Origin: Gammaproteobacteria bacterium
GTDB taxonomy: Bacteria > Pseudomonadota > Gammaproteobacteria > JABXHR01
Direction: 5' to 3'
Assembly: GCA_013373515.1 (NCBI GenBank)
Contig: JABXHR010000089.1
Coordinates: 1 to 55,275 of the forward strand
DNA: 55,275 bases
The notes under the pieces are model-generated. The model was not told where the DNA came from and did no database searches. It saw only the letters and a program-made list of their open reading frames with translations. This document shows, one piece after another, positions 8,262 through 16,999 of this stretch. Numbering within the stretch: position 1 is the first letter of the stretch; each line of letters opens with the position of its first letter. The position numbers and the translations under genes were made by a program.

Positions 8262-10726
8262 TGTGCAAAGTGTCTGTCGGCGATCAAAGCTTTTTGGCCT
8301 GAGGCCTTGATGGCCTGCTGGCTATGATAGACAAAGTCATTAAATGCTTCGCCGGTCGGTAGGGGTGTAGACAGAAAGAATCCCTGCACACTATCGATTC
8401 CAGCGCCGGCTGCAAAAGCAAGCTCCTCTTCGGTCTCCACCCCTTCTATCACGGTGTTGATACCCAGAGAGTTGCATGTGGCGACCAAGCCACGTATGAC
8501 GGCTTGGGCAGACTTTGACGTCGGTGCCGATTGGGCAAGTTGGCGATCGATCTTGATGTAATCAAATGGGAATTGACTGAAAACCAACAGCGAATTGTGG
8601 CCCTTGCCGATGTCATCAAGCGCGAAGGAAAACCCGCGATCCTTGGCTTGGTGCATCAAATCAACGGCGTCTGACTCAGCGTCCATTAAATCTGACTCGG
8701 TGAGTTCAAATGTCAGCCGTTCCGGCGCTATGTCATGGGTGGCGCAAGCGGCGATGACTTGGTTCATGAACTCGGCAGATGCCAGCTGCGTTGCCGTTAA
8801 ATTGATAGAAAACTTTAGTGTCGGGTGCTGTGTCTGTAGTGTTGCCAAAATTGACAGCGACTGCATAACCAGCTGATCAAACTGCTCTCGTTGTTTGATT
8901 AAATGGATAAATTGATCGGGGTAAATTATGCCAATATCCGAGTGCGGCCAGCGCAGCAATAGCTCGCCTCCGATGACTTCACCGCTCTTTATTTCGAGTT
9001 GAGGCTGGCAGTAAAACTCGAGCTTGTGGTTGTTCAAATAGGTTTCAAATTCTGCCAGAAAAGTCTGCTCAATTCGCATTTTGTTGGCCAATTCTGAATT
9101 AAATTCAACGATGGTCTGGCGTTCGGAGCCTTTGGCGCTGTACATCGCAAGATCGGCCTGTTTGAGTTTGGATTCTAAAAAGGCCAGTGCGCTTCCTTCG
9201 CAGTAGCGTCCGCTGGCAATACCCATCGATAGTCCGACCGAAATCGTTTGACTATCTGTGATCACGGGATCTTGGAACGCGCGTTGAATTTGATTTGCGT
9301 AGACCTGCAATTGTATTGCGGTTTGATTGGGAGCCAACACCACAAATTCGTCGCCCGCGAGGTGAATGACGTAATGCGCGGGGGCAACGGCTGATTTGAT
9401 GCGCCGTGCCGACTCTTTCAAGACCTGATCTCCGGCGGCGTGGCTGTAGCGATCATTGATTTGTTTGAACCCATTGAGATCGATATAGCAGGCAGCGAAA
9501 GTCTGATTTGGCGCTACAAATTGCTCAATGTGCTTAAGCATCCAGCTGCGATTGAGTAAGCCCGTGACAGCACTGTGAAACGCAATGTGATAGGCTTCCT
9601 CTTCGGCTTGCCTGCGACGTTCAATTTCTTGCTCTAGCTGTTCGGTTCGTTGGGCGACGTTGTCCTCGAGCTGCTCTGTGCGCCTTAGCATCTCGGTCTC
9701 GCGCAATGTTGCAATTTCAATCAGGTGGGCCTGTCGACGGTTTTCAAATGCAAGGTGTACGTCGCGGGTAGCACAGCGAACGTAGACATCGGAATACTCA
9801 AATGCCCATTTCAGTGTCAATTCGGCATCGCCTTTTCTGGCATAGTGATGCGCGATCTCGTTCAATACAGAAATCCATTCCACTTCACTAGTAAACTGCT
9901 TGGCATGGTTTAGAGCTTTATCAAGCCAATACTCGGCGATCTGCATCTGTCCGCGGGTGCTGTAATTTGCGGCCAAATTTTCGAAAACCGCTTTCCAAAC
10001 GCCGAGCTGCTGAATGAAAGGGTGGCGTGATTCGAAGCCGAGATGAGCGTAGAACGCTTCCACAGTTTCTAAGTCCACGTCTTTGTCAAGAGACATTGTG
10101 TAGAGCAGATTTGCCGACGCCCGAAAGTAAAGTGGTGCAATGTCATTCGTTCGGCAATATAGCCAAGCTTCAATGTCATATTCTTGAACAGATGATGGCG
10201 CGTCTAAATTGAAGTCTGTACTTAAGAATCCATTTTTGATTAGCTTTGTGAATAGCGTATGCGCTACGCCTATCTTGTCACCACTGCGCTTAAACTTTGC
10301 TATCAGCGCTGCTCGTTCTGCATCTGAATGTCTACCGGCATTTTTGATTAAGTCTAACCAGGCCTCCGTTCGTTGGTTTGAGGGTGAGCTTTCGGCGATT
10401 AAATCAAGAGAACCCTGACCTGAAGACTCATTGTCACTTGCTCTTAGTGCATAGTGGTTTGTGAGGTATTCCAAATCACACAGACGCGTTAGTTCTTTGT
10501 CGCCTACTTGAATTGCAGTCTTTGTCGCTTCACCAAGGCAGATAATGGCTTTTGGCGAGCGAAAGATTTGATGGAGCTTTGCTTGACCTAGCAACCGCCA
10601 TGCGCGTTCAAAGTCTGCCGCCGGCTGGTAGGCTTCGAGGCTCTCATGAAAAGAGATGAGACGGCCTTCGCTCCAGTCCGAGCCTTCGACAAAGTCCGTG
10701 ACAAATTCGCGAATATTGAGATCCAT
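8258..10726 (-). CDS. Cytoplasmic c-di-GMP turnover protein: TPR-like N-terminal region, coiled coil, GGDEF (AGDEF) and EAL (ELL) domains
   Basis: GGDEF-domain motif HLAGDEFVVL. EAL-domain motifs GGELLLRW, FELTES, DDIGKGHNSL, KIDR, EGVETEEE and QGFF. Confidence 0.85.
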   Translation of the reverse strand: MDLNIREFVTDFVEGSDWSEGRLISFHESLEAYQPAADFERAWRLLGQAKLHQIFRSPKAIICLGEATKTAIQVGDKELTRLCDLEYLTNHYALRASDNESSGQGSLDLIAESSPSNQRTEAWLDLIKNAGRHSDAERAALIAKFKRSGDKIGVAHTLFTKLIKNGFLSTDFNLDAPSSVQEYDIEAWLYCRTNDIAPLYFRASANLLYTMSLDKDVDLETVEAFYAHLGFESRHPFIQQLGVWKAVFENLAANYSTRGQMQIAEYWLDKALNHAKQFTSEVEWISVLNEIAHHYARKGDAELTLKWAFEYSDVYVRCATRDVHLAFENRRQAHLIEIATLRETEMLRRTEQLEDNVAQRTEQLEQEIERRRQAEEEAYHIAFHSAVTGLLNRSWMLKHIEQFVAPNQTFAACYIDLNGFKQINDRYSHAAGDQVLKESARRIKSAVAPAHYVIHLAGDEFVVLAPNQTAIQLQVYANQIQRAFQDPVITDSQTISVGLSMGIASGRYCEGSALAFLESKLKQADLAMYSAKGSERQTIVEFNSELANKMRIEQTFLAEFETYLNNHKLEFYCQPQLEIKSGEVIGGELLLRWPHSDIGIIYPDQFIHLIKQREQFDQLVMQSLSILATLQTQHPTLKFSINLTATQLASAEFMNQVIAACATHDIAPERLTFELTESDLMDAESDAVDLMHQAKDRGFSFALDDIGKGHNSLLVFSQFPFDYIKIDRQLAQSAPTSKSAQAVIRGLVATCNSLGINTVIEGVETEEELAFAAGAGIDSVQGFFLSTPLPTGEAFNDFVYHSQQAIKASGQKALIADRHFAH

Positions 10727-10975
10727 TTCAACATGGTTATATCGTCGTGATGATCGAATAGTAACCCAAAAAGATTGCGCAAGCGTCTATAGCATCTCAT
10801 TGATTTGCCTCGGCGGAATCAGCACAAGCCTTGAGTCGATGGGCACAGGGGGTGTTTGGTGCATCGCTTATGTCAGAATTGATCAAATTTGTGCGTATGG
10901 CTTTTTAGTGTTTGTGCCAAATTTCAACAGTTTTAAAGACTAGCGCTAGGATACTGGACCTCTGGAGGGTGGTAT

Positions 10976-12079
10976 ATGCGGCAAATATTCATAGTCTTAA
11001 TCATTAGCTTCAACACCGTGGTAATGGCGGCTGATGTTGTCTCTGGCAGCGGTGGCCGAACCTTATCGGTCAGAGATATTGCTTCTTTTGCATCTCCTTG
11101 GGCAATTGAGATGCTAGATGCCGGTCGATTACTGGTCACTGAAAAAAGCGGCCAATTATGGACGGTGCGGGGGTCGGGTGAGAAAACGGCTATCGACGGG
11201 CTGCCAAAAATCTATGTTGGAGGTCAGGGCGGTCTCGGCGATGTGGTGCTACATCCAAACTTTGAGGCCAATCGTTGGGTGTATCTCTCATTTGTGGACT
11301 CTCCTGACGGCGGGCGCACTCGATATGCCCATGTGGTTCGGGCGCGCTTGATACTTGATGACAGGCCGAGGCTAGAGGGGCTCGAATCGATTTGGCGTCA
11401 AATGCCAGCAACGCAGGGCGAGGGGCATTTTTCTCATCGTATTGCCTTTGGCCCAGCGGGCTCAGCACAAGCGGGGATGTTATTTATCACCTCGGGAGAT
11501 CGTCAGCTGCAGTGGCCAGCCCAAGATATGGAAATGGCCCAGGGCAAGATTATTCGTTTACACGATGACGGGGCGGTGCCTGTGGACAATCCATTTCAAG
11601 ACCAAGGGACGCTTGCCAGAACGTTTTGGAGTGTAGGGCACCGCAATATGCTCGGTATGGCATTTGATTCGCGTGGCGTGCTTTGGGCCCACGAGATGGG
11701 GCCACGTCATGGCGATGAACTCAACCGAATCACGGCTGGGGCCAATTATGGCTGGCCCGAGGTGTCGGAGGGCAATCACTACAGCGGGGTGCCCATCCCA
11801 CCGCATAGCAGCCAGCCGCAGTTTGTCGCGCCGATTCAATTCTGGGTGCCGACCATTGCCCCATCGGGGATGACCATCGACGGCGACACCATGTTTATCG
11901 GTGGGTTGCGCAGTCAAGCTTTGATCAAGCTTCGGATCAATGGCGATGTCGCGCAAGAGCTGGAGCGTTTCGAGATGGGGCGTCGCATTCGCGATGTGCA
12001 GTTCGATGCCAAGGGCGGACTTTGGTTTATCGAGGATGGACGCTCGGCTCGGTTACGCTATGTCGAAGCGCCACGCTAA
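10976..12079 (+). CDS. Soluble PQQ-dependent aldose/sorbosone dehydrogenase (YliI-like beta-propeller)
   Basis: It has a signal peptide plus the motifs GGLGDVVLHPNF, HFSHRIAFGP, GHRNMLGMAFD and GPRHGDELN. SD GGAGGG is present. Confidence 0.75.
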   Translation: MRQIFIVLIISFNTVVMAADVVSGSGGRTLSVRDIASFASPWAIEMLDAGRLLVTEKSGQLWTVRGSGEKTAIDGLPKIYVGGQGGLGDVVLHPNFEANRWVYLSFVDSPDGGRTRYAHVVRARLILDDRPRLEGLESIWRQMPATQGEGHFSHRIAFGPAGSAQAGMLFITSGDRQLQWPAQDMEMAQGKIIRLHDDGAVPVDNPFQDQGTLARTFWSVGHRNMLGMAFDSRGVLWAHEMGPRHGDELNRITAGANYGWPEVSEGNHYSGVPIPPHSSQPQFVAPIQFWVPTIAPSGMTIDGDTMFIGGLRSQALIKLRINGDVAQELERFEMGRRIRDVQFDAKGGLWFIEDGRSARLRYVEAPR

Positions 12080-12091
12080 GGAGGGGTGTAG

Positions 12092-12637
12092 ATGGGCAAA
12101 GATCGAGCAATGACATTGTCTAAGTGGTTTTGTGCGCTGTTTGCCGTGGTTGTGTTGCTAAGTGGTCATGCCAGCGCAGAGGATGCCTATCAGGGCAAGG
12201 TGCTTTTTATGCGCCATTCCTTGGCACCAGGCTTTGGTGATCCCGATGATTTCAAAATCGGCGATTGCAGCACACAACGCAATCTCAATGACGAAGGCCG
12301 AGCGCAAGCCCGTGAGATTGGCGATCGGCTCAGCGCCATGGGCTATGAATTTGACCAAGTCTTATCGAGTCAGTGGTGTCGCTGTGTCGAAACCGCAGCG
12401 CTGTTAGGCATGGGTGAGGTGCGTGAGTTTGCAGGGCTCAATTCGTTTTTCCAACAACATGCTGACCGCGATCGTACGTTAGCGCTATTGCGCCAAGAAC
12501 TGGCACAACTCGGCGACAAGCGGACGTTGATGGTCACGCATCAAGTGGTGATTCGTGCGATCACAGGGCAGAGTGTCAGCTCTGGCGGGATGGTGTGGTT
12601 TGACCCCAAAACGGGCGATGTTAGCCTGGTTGAATAG
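12092..12637 (+). CDS. Histidine phosphatase (phosphoglycerate-mutase-like) family protein, exported
   Basis: It has a signal peptide and the RH catalytic motif (LFMRHSLAPG). Strong SD AAGGAGG lies 7 nt upstream. Confidence 0.7.
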   Translation: MGKDRAMTLSKWFCALFAVVVLLSGHASAEDAYQGKVLFMRHSLAPGFGDPDDFKIGDCSTQRNLNDEGRAQAREIGDRLSAMGYEFDQVLSSQWCRCVETAALLGMGEVREFAGLNSFFQQHADRDRTLALLRQELAQLGDKRTLMVTHQVVIRAITGQSVSSGGMVWFDPKTGDVSLVE

Positions 12638-12877
12638 TTGCCATTGTGATCGCGGACTGTGTAACGATGATCCGAGCGTTTGCCAGCAGGGTTGGGCAAG
12701 AATCTAAATATGCGCCATAAACTTCGTTAGTCTTCGTCCCGGTCGCAATGAGTTTTACCCCTTATCTGATTTTTGCAGATATTCCTGACAGCCCGGCACT
12801 AATGATGATTTTTCTTTGTTGTGCTTTGCTATCAATTACGTTTCTGATGGAACTACAGCGCTGCTGTCGCCCAAATT

Positions 12878-13177
12878 TCAAACCCTAGCTTGCTCAAACG
12901 CCGACCAAGCAGATTCAAAATCCTCAAAACTCATCGACTTGCCTTTTGCGCGGTCCAGAATGACGCGCTCCGAGGCCAGTAATTTATCAATGGCACGGTC
13001 TAGCTCTGCAACGTACTCAGCCGGAATCACCACCGCGCCGTGACGATCTGAGTGCACCAAGTCATCGGGCTGAATATTAAGACCAAATACACTGACAGGG
13101 TAGGCGATGTCTTTTATGTGGACAAAGGCGTGACTGGGGCCAACGGAGCCTGCAATGGAGCTTATAATATGGCGCAC
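12878..13177 (-). pseudogene. Truncated RraA-family (RraA/HMG-aldolase-like) remnant, C-terminal half only
   Basis: The 99-aa ORF matches only the C-terminal part of RraA-like proteins (DDLVHSDRHGAVVIPAEY). The missing N-terminal half would have to overlap the AraC gene that starts at 13221. Confidence 0.5.
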
Positions 13178-13220
13178 TACAATGACCTCTGCCTCAAATC
13201 ACCAAGGGTACGACTGAGCG

Positions 13221-14228
13221 ATGGCAACCATCTGTATGCACCACGTTCTGGCCTCAATGCGGCCCGCCGTGGCGGCTGGGATCAAACAATCTGATTTGTT
13301 GGCCGATGCAGGCATCAACCCAAGCCAGTTGAAATTGGCCAGCAATCGCATTCATACGGATCAGGTGGCGCGGTTGTTTGCAGCGGCGGCCAGCCGTTTG
13401 AATGATGATCTGATGGGGATGGGAGATCGGCCACTTCCGTCCGGGGCGTTTCAATTTGCCTTTGAGAGCGTGATGCGCTCATCGTTTGTTATCGAGGGGC
13501 TAGAGCGCGCCGCGGTGTTTTTTCGCCTTGCCGGTGCGCAGGTTGAGATGCAGAATAAATCGGAGGGCGCGATGACTTGGCTCGGGCTCCACCTTAATGA
13601 TCCGTCACGTGATGTCGATGGCTTTATGCGTGAGTGGCTGTTGGTGATTTGGCATCGATTTCTGTGCTGGCTCAATGCCCAGGCGTTGCCGCTACAGCAG
13701 GTGAAATTTGCCTTTGCTAAGCCCGCGCACCATGGTGAGCTGGATATCATGTTTCATTGTCCAATCGAATACGACTCGCCGCAGTCGGGGTTTTGGTTGC
13801 CCAGCGATTATTTGCAGCGCCCGATCCAGCGTGAGCAGCGCGAATTTGAGCGCTTTGCCGCGCGATTTCCAATGGATGTGATGACAATCCCCGGCGGCAA
13901 GTTAACGCTGGAAAGTCGTATCAGTCGTCTTCTGCGTGATCGCTTGCTGGCAGATGAGCTGCTCCCCGATTTGGCCGAGTTAGCAGACAATTTTGGTCAG
14001 ACCAAACAACAGCTTTATCGGGCGCTAAAGCTTGAAAATACAAGCTTGCAGACCTTGAAAAACGATGTTCGGCGCGAGTATGCCATACGACTGCTTAAAA
14101 ACAGCGATCAGTCGGTTGATGCGATTGCTGAGCGCTGTGGTTTTGATGAGGCGCGCTCGTTCACACGCGCCTTTAAGGATTGGACGGGGCTGACGCCAAG
14201 CGCTGTCCGGCGAGGAGAGCTCAAGTAG
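13221..14228 (+). CDS. AraC-family transcriptional regulator (OruR/ArgR-like with N-terminal arabinose-binding-like domain)
   Basis: The C-terminal dual HTH is present (DQSVDAIAERCGFDEARSFTRAFKDWTGLTPSAVR). The N-terminus is typical of this subfamily. Confidence 0.8.
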   Translation: MATICMHHVLASMRPAVAAGIKQSDLLADAGINPSQLKLASNRIHTDQVARLFAAAASRLNDDLMGMGDRPLPSGAFQFAFESVMRSSFVIEGLERAAVFFRLAGAQVEMQNKSEGAMTWLGLHLNDPSRDVDGFMREWLLVIWHRFLCWLNAQALPLQQVKFAFAKPAHHGELDIMFHCPIEYDSPQSGFWLPSDYLQRPIQREQREFERFAARFPMDVMTIPGGKLTLESRISRLLRDRLLADELLPDLAELADNFGQTKQQLYRALKLENTSLQTLKNDVRREYAIRLLKNSDQSVDAIAERCGFDEARSFTRAFKDWTGLTPSAVRRGELK

Positions 14229-14281
14229 GCGCGATTTAATCGCACCTCGAGTCCGCCGTTGATTCGGTACACTAGTCGCAC

Positions 14282-15241
14282 ATGCAAACCACGCTAATCT
14301 CCATGCAGTTTATTGCTTTTGATCCGATTGATGCACAGCTCCAATGGTCTGCGATGGCCGATGCCATTGTTGAGGGTCACCGCTTACCACGGGCGCAAGT
14401 GGCCGATTCTTTTGTGCGCCGCGGTGCCGATACGCTGCTGACGCGTTCGGCGTGGATAGAGGGCTTGGGATGCGCAGTCAAGGCGGCCACGGTGGTGCCC
14501 GGCAATGCAGCGCGCAATATGCCCACAATATTGGGCGGCATGCAGCTGTTTGACGACACCACCGGTGCGTTGTCAGCAGTGCTGGATTTCACGCTAGTGA
14601 CCAAATGGAAAACTGCCACGGACAGTTATGTGGCCGCGCGCTGGTTGGCCCCACCTACGGTGGAGGAAGTGCTCATCGTGGGCTCTGGCAATGTGGCGCG
14701 CTCGATGGTCAGTGCTTATCACGATTTATTTCCAAGTGCCCACATTCGAATTTACAGCCGCAACGTGGCCAATGCACAGGCGTTGGTGGAGGCCTCGCAG
14801 CCGATGTTTCCCGATTTGAACCTGTCAGTGGTGGATGATTTGGCCAATGCGGTGAATCGCGCAGATGTGATTTGCACGGCGACGATGTCGACACAGCCAG
14901 TGGTCAAAGGTGAGTGGTCGCGCGCAGGGCAGCACTATGATTTGATCGGCGCATTTCGCGGTGATATGCGCGAGGTGGACGATACGTTGGTCACTGGTGC
15001 GAAATGGTTTGCCGATTCTCGCGAGACCACGCTCGATCACATCGGCGAGCTAAATATCCCACTCGAAGCGGGGTTGATTGGTCGAGATCATTTGGTGGCG
15101 GATTATTACGATCTCGCGATCACGCCATATGTGCGGGGCAAAGACGAGATTACGGTTTGCAAAAATGGTGGCGGAGCGCATCTCGATCTGATGGTGGCCA
15201 CGGCCATCGTGGCCGCCGCGTCGGAGCGCCGCGATGCGTAA
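14282..15241 (+). CDS. Ornithine cyclodeaminase / mu-crystallin family protein
   Basis: The Rossmann motif IVGSGNVARS and the overall OCD/mu-crystallin layout are present. The start is uncertain (14282 or 14303). Confidence 0.75.
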   Translation: MQTTLISMQFIAFDPIDAQLQWSAMADAIVEGHRLPRAQVADSFVRRGADTLLTRSAWIEGLGCAVKAATVVPGNAARNMPTILGGMQLFDDTTGALSAVLDFTLVTKWKTATDSYVAARWLAPPTVEEVLIVGSGNVARSMVSAYHDLFPSAHIRIYSRNVANAQALVEASQPMFPDLNLSVVDDLANAVNRADVICTATMSTQPVVKGEWSRAGQHYDLIGAFRGDMREVDDTLVTGAKWFADSRETTLDHIGELNIPLEAGLIGRDHLVADYYDLAITPYVRGKDEITVCKNGGGAHLDLMVATAIVAAASERRDA

Positions 15242-15740
15242 CTACGGTTTGATGTTGTGTCTGTTGTGGTCTTTTTCGGCGCAGGCTGATTTGGAAGGCA
15301 ATGGTGATGTTTTGCAAATTGCACTGCCAGCGGCCGCTTATGCGATCACATTTATCGATGACAACCCAGAGGCGAGAGCCGATTTTTGGGCCAGTGGCGT
15401 CGCCAATTGGGGAAGTACTTTCGCAATCAAACGTCTGGTCAATAAAACGCGCCCCAACGGCGGTGAACACAGTTTCCCATCGGGTCATACCTCTGCAGCC
15501 TTTCATGGGGCAGCCATGATCCAAAAACAGCGTGGTTGGACTTACGGGCTGCCTGCGTACGTATTGGCGGCCTATACGGGCTATAGCCGCGTTGAGACTG
15601 ATCATCATGATTGGCAGGATGTGATTGCGGGTGCCGCCCTTGGGGTTGCCTCGGCGCATTTTGTGAATCGGGAGCGTGTCAGCTGGATTGGTCATCTCGA
15701 TGGTAATTCCATCGGCGTGACGGTATTTGGCGCATGGTAG
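15234..15740 (+). CDS. PAP2-family (type 2 phosphatidic acid / acid) phosphatase, exported
   Basis: It has a signal peptide and the three PAP2 motifs KRLVNKTRP, PSGH and SRVETDHHDWQD. It overlaps the preceding gene by 8 nt. Confidence 0.8.
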   Translation: MRNYGLMLCLLWSFSAQADLEGNGDVLQIALPAAAYAITFIDDNPEARADFWASGVANWGSTFAIKRLVNKTRPNGGEHSFPSGHTSAAFHGAAMIQKQRGWTYGLPAYVLAAYTGYSRVETDHHDWQDVIAGAALGVASAHFVNRERVSWIGHLDGNSIGVTVFGAW

Positions 15741-15752
15741 CGGCGTAAGCGC

Positions 15753-16529
15753 GTGCAGTGGTTATATGATCAAACCGTAATCCACAGCGTTGGCGATCTG
15801 GCGATTGTTTTGCTGGTGGTGCTGATGGTTGGGCTGTCCAAAGGGGGCTTGGGCGGGGCCTTTGCAATGCTGGCCGTGCCTGTGCTGGCCTTGATTATGT
15901 CGCCGGTGCAAGCCGCTGCATTGATGTTACCCATTTTGATCATGATGGATGCGATCAGTGTGCAGGTGTGGTGGCGACAGTGGGATTTGCAACACCTGAC
16001 ATTCCTTTTGCCATCCGCGCTGCTGGGTGTTGGCGCGGGTTGGGCACTGGTGGCGGTGGTGTCCGATGCGCTGGTTTTGTTTGTGCTGGGCCTAATGTCG
16101 TTGTTGTTTGTGCTCAAAACTTGGTTGCAAACGGCACCGCCTGAGCCTGCTAAGCCGAACGCCAAAAAAGCAGCCGTTTGGGGCACGTTGGCTGGATTTA
16201 CCAGTTTTGTGTCGCACAGTGGTGGGCCACCGTTTCAAATGTATATGCTGCCGCTGCGCATGCCGCCTCAGACTTACACGGCAACGAGCGTTTTGTTTTT
16301 CACGGTGGTCAACTTGGTGAAGGTGCCCCCGTACTTGGCGTTGAGCCAATTTTCCACCGAAACACTGGTTACGGGGATCATCATGGCACCCTTGGCCATT
16401 GTGTCGACGCGGCTGGGTGCTTGGGTGGTACGTCGTATGAATACCGAATTTTTCTATCGGTACATTTATTTGATGCTGTTCGTCATCGCGTTGAAGCTAA
16501 TTTACGATGGGTTGACAGCGTTGCTTTAG
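15753..16529 (+). CDS. TauE/SafE (TSUP, DUF81) family anion/sulfite exporter
   Basis: It is a roughly 8-TM protein with a repeated GGLGGA-type motif (LSKGGLGGAFAMLAVP), typical of TSUP. GTG start. Confidence 0.7.
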   Translation: MQWLYDQTVIHSVGDLAIVLLVVLMVGLSKGGLGGAFAMLAVPVLALIMSPVQAAALMLPILIMMDAISVQVWWRQWDLQHLTFLLPSALLGVGAGWALVAVVSDALVLFVLGLMSLLFVLKTWLQTAPPEPAKPNAKKAAVWGTLAGFTSFVSHSGGPPFQMYMLPLRMPPQTYTATSVLFFTVVNLVKVPPYLALSQFSTETLVTGIIMAPLAIVSTRLGAWVVRRMNTEFFYRYIYLMLFVIALKLIYDGLTALL

Positions 16530-16981
16530 GGCGCCGCCTGCAGGGTTGCTTTGAGCTCATTAACGATGGCGGAATCTGCCCAGTTTAGTGCCCCAGTATG
16601 TGCATACAGAACATCGCCTTGTCCATCGAGGATATAGGTGCTGGGAAAGCCCTTCATCTCGAAGGATTTGAACCACGCTTCAGGCGCTACGACCTGGTAG
16701 GGCGGAATATCTGGTGCGTGCTCATCCAGAAATGCATCAACAACTGACCACTCATCGTCGTCGACGGATACCACAATCACGGGGAGCTCCTCGCTGGCGA
16801 TAACCTTGTTGAGTTCCGGTAGCTCCTCAAGACACGGCGCACACCATGTGGCCCAGAAGTGAATTACTGCAGGCCGTCCGTTTAGCAGTTGGTTTAGTGG
16901 CAGCGATGTTTGGCCATTGTTTAGCGATAGCGCGAAGGCAGAAGAAGTGCACAGTAGTAAGGCTGCAATGAGTTTTCGCAT
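16526..16981 (-). CDS. TlpA/ResA-like periplasmic thiol:disulfide oxidoreductase
   Basis: It has a signal peptide and the thioredoxin motif WATWCAPC. It begins 18 nt downstream of the MCP gene. Confidence 0.8.
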   Translation of the reverse strand: MRKLIAALLLCTSSAFALSLNNGQTSLPLNQLLNGRPAVIHFWATWCAPCLEELPELNKVIASEELPVIVVSVDDDEWSVVDAFLDEHAPDIPPYQVVAPEAWFKSFEMKGFPSTYILDGQGDVLYAHTGALNWADSAIVNELKATLQAAP

Positions 16982-16999
16982 AAATTTAAAGGCGTGGGT

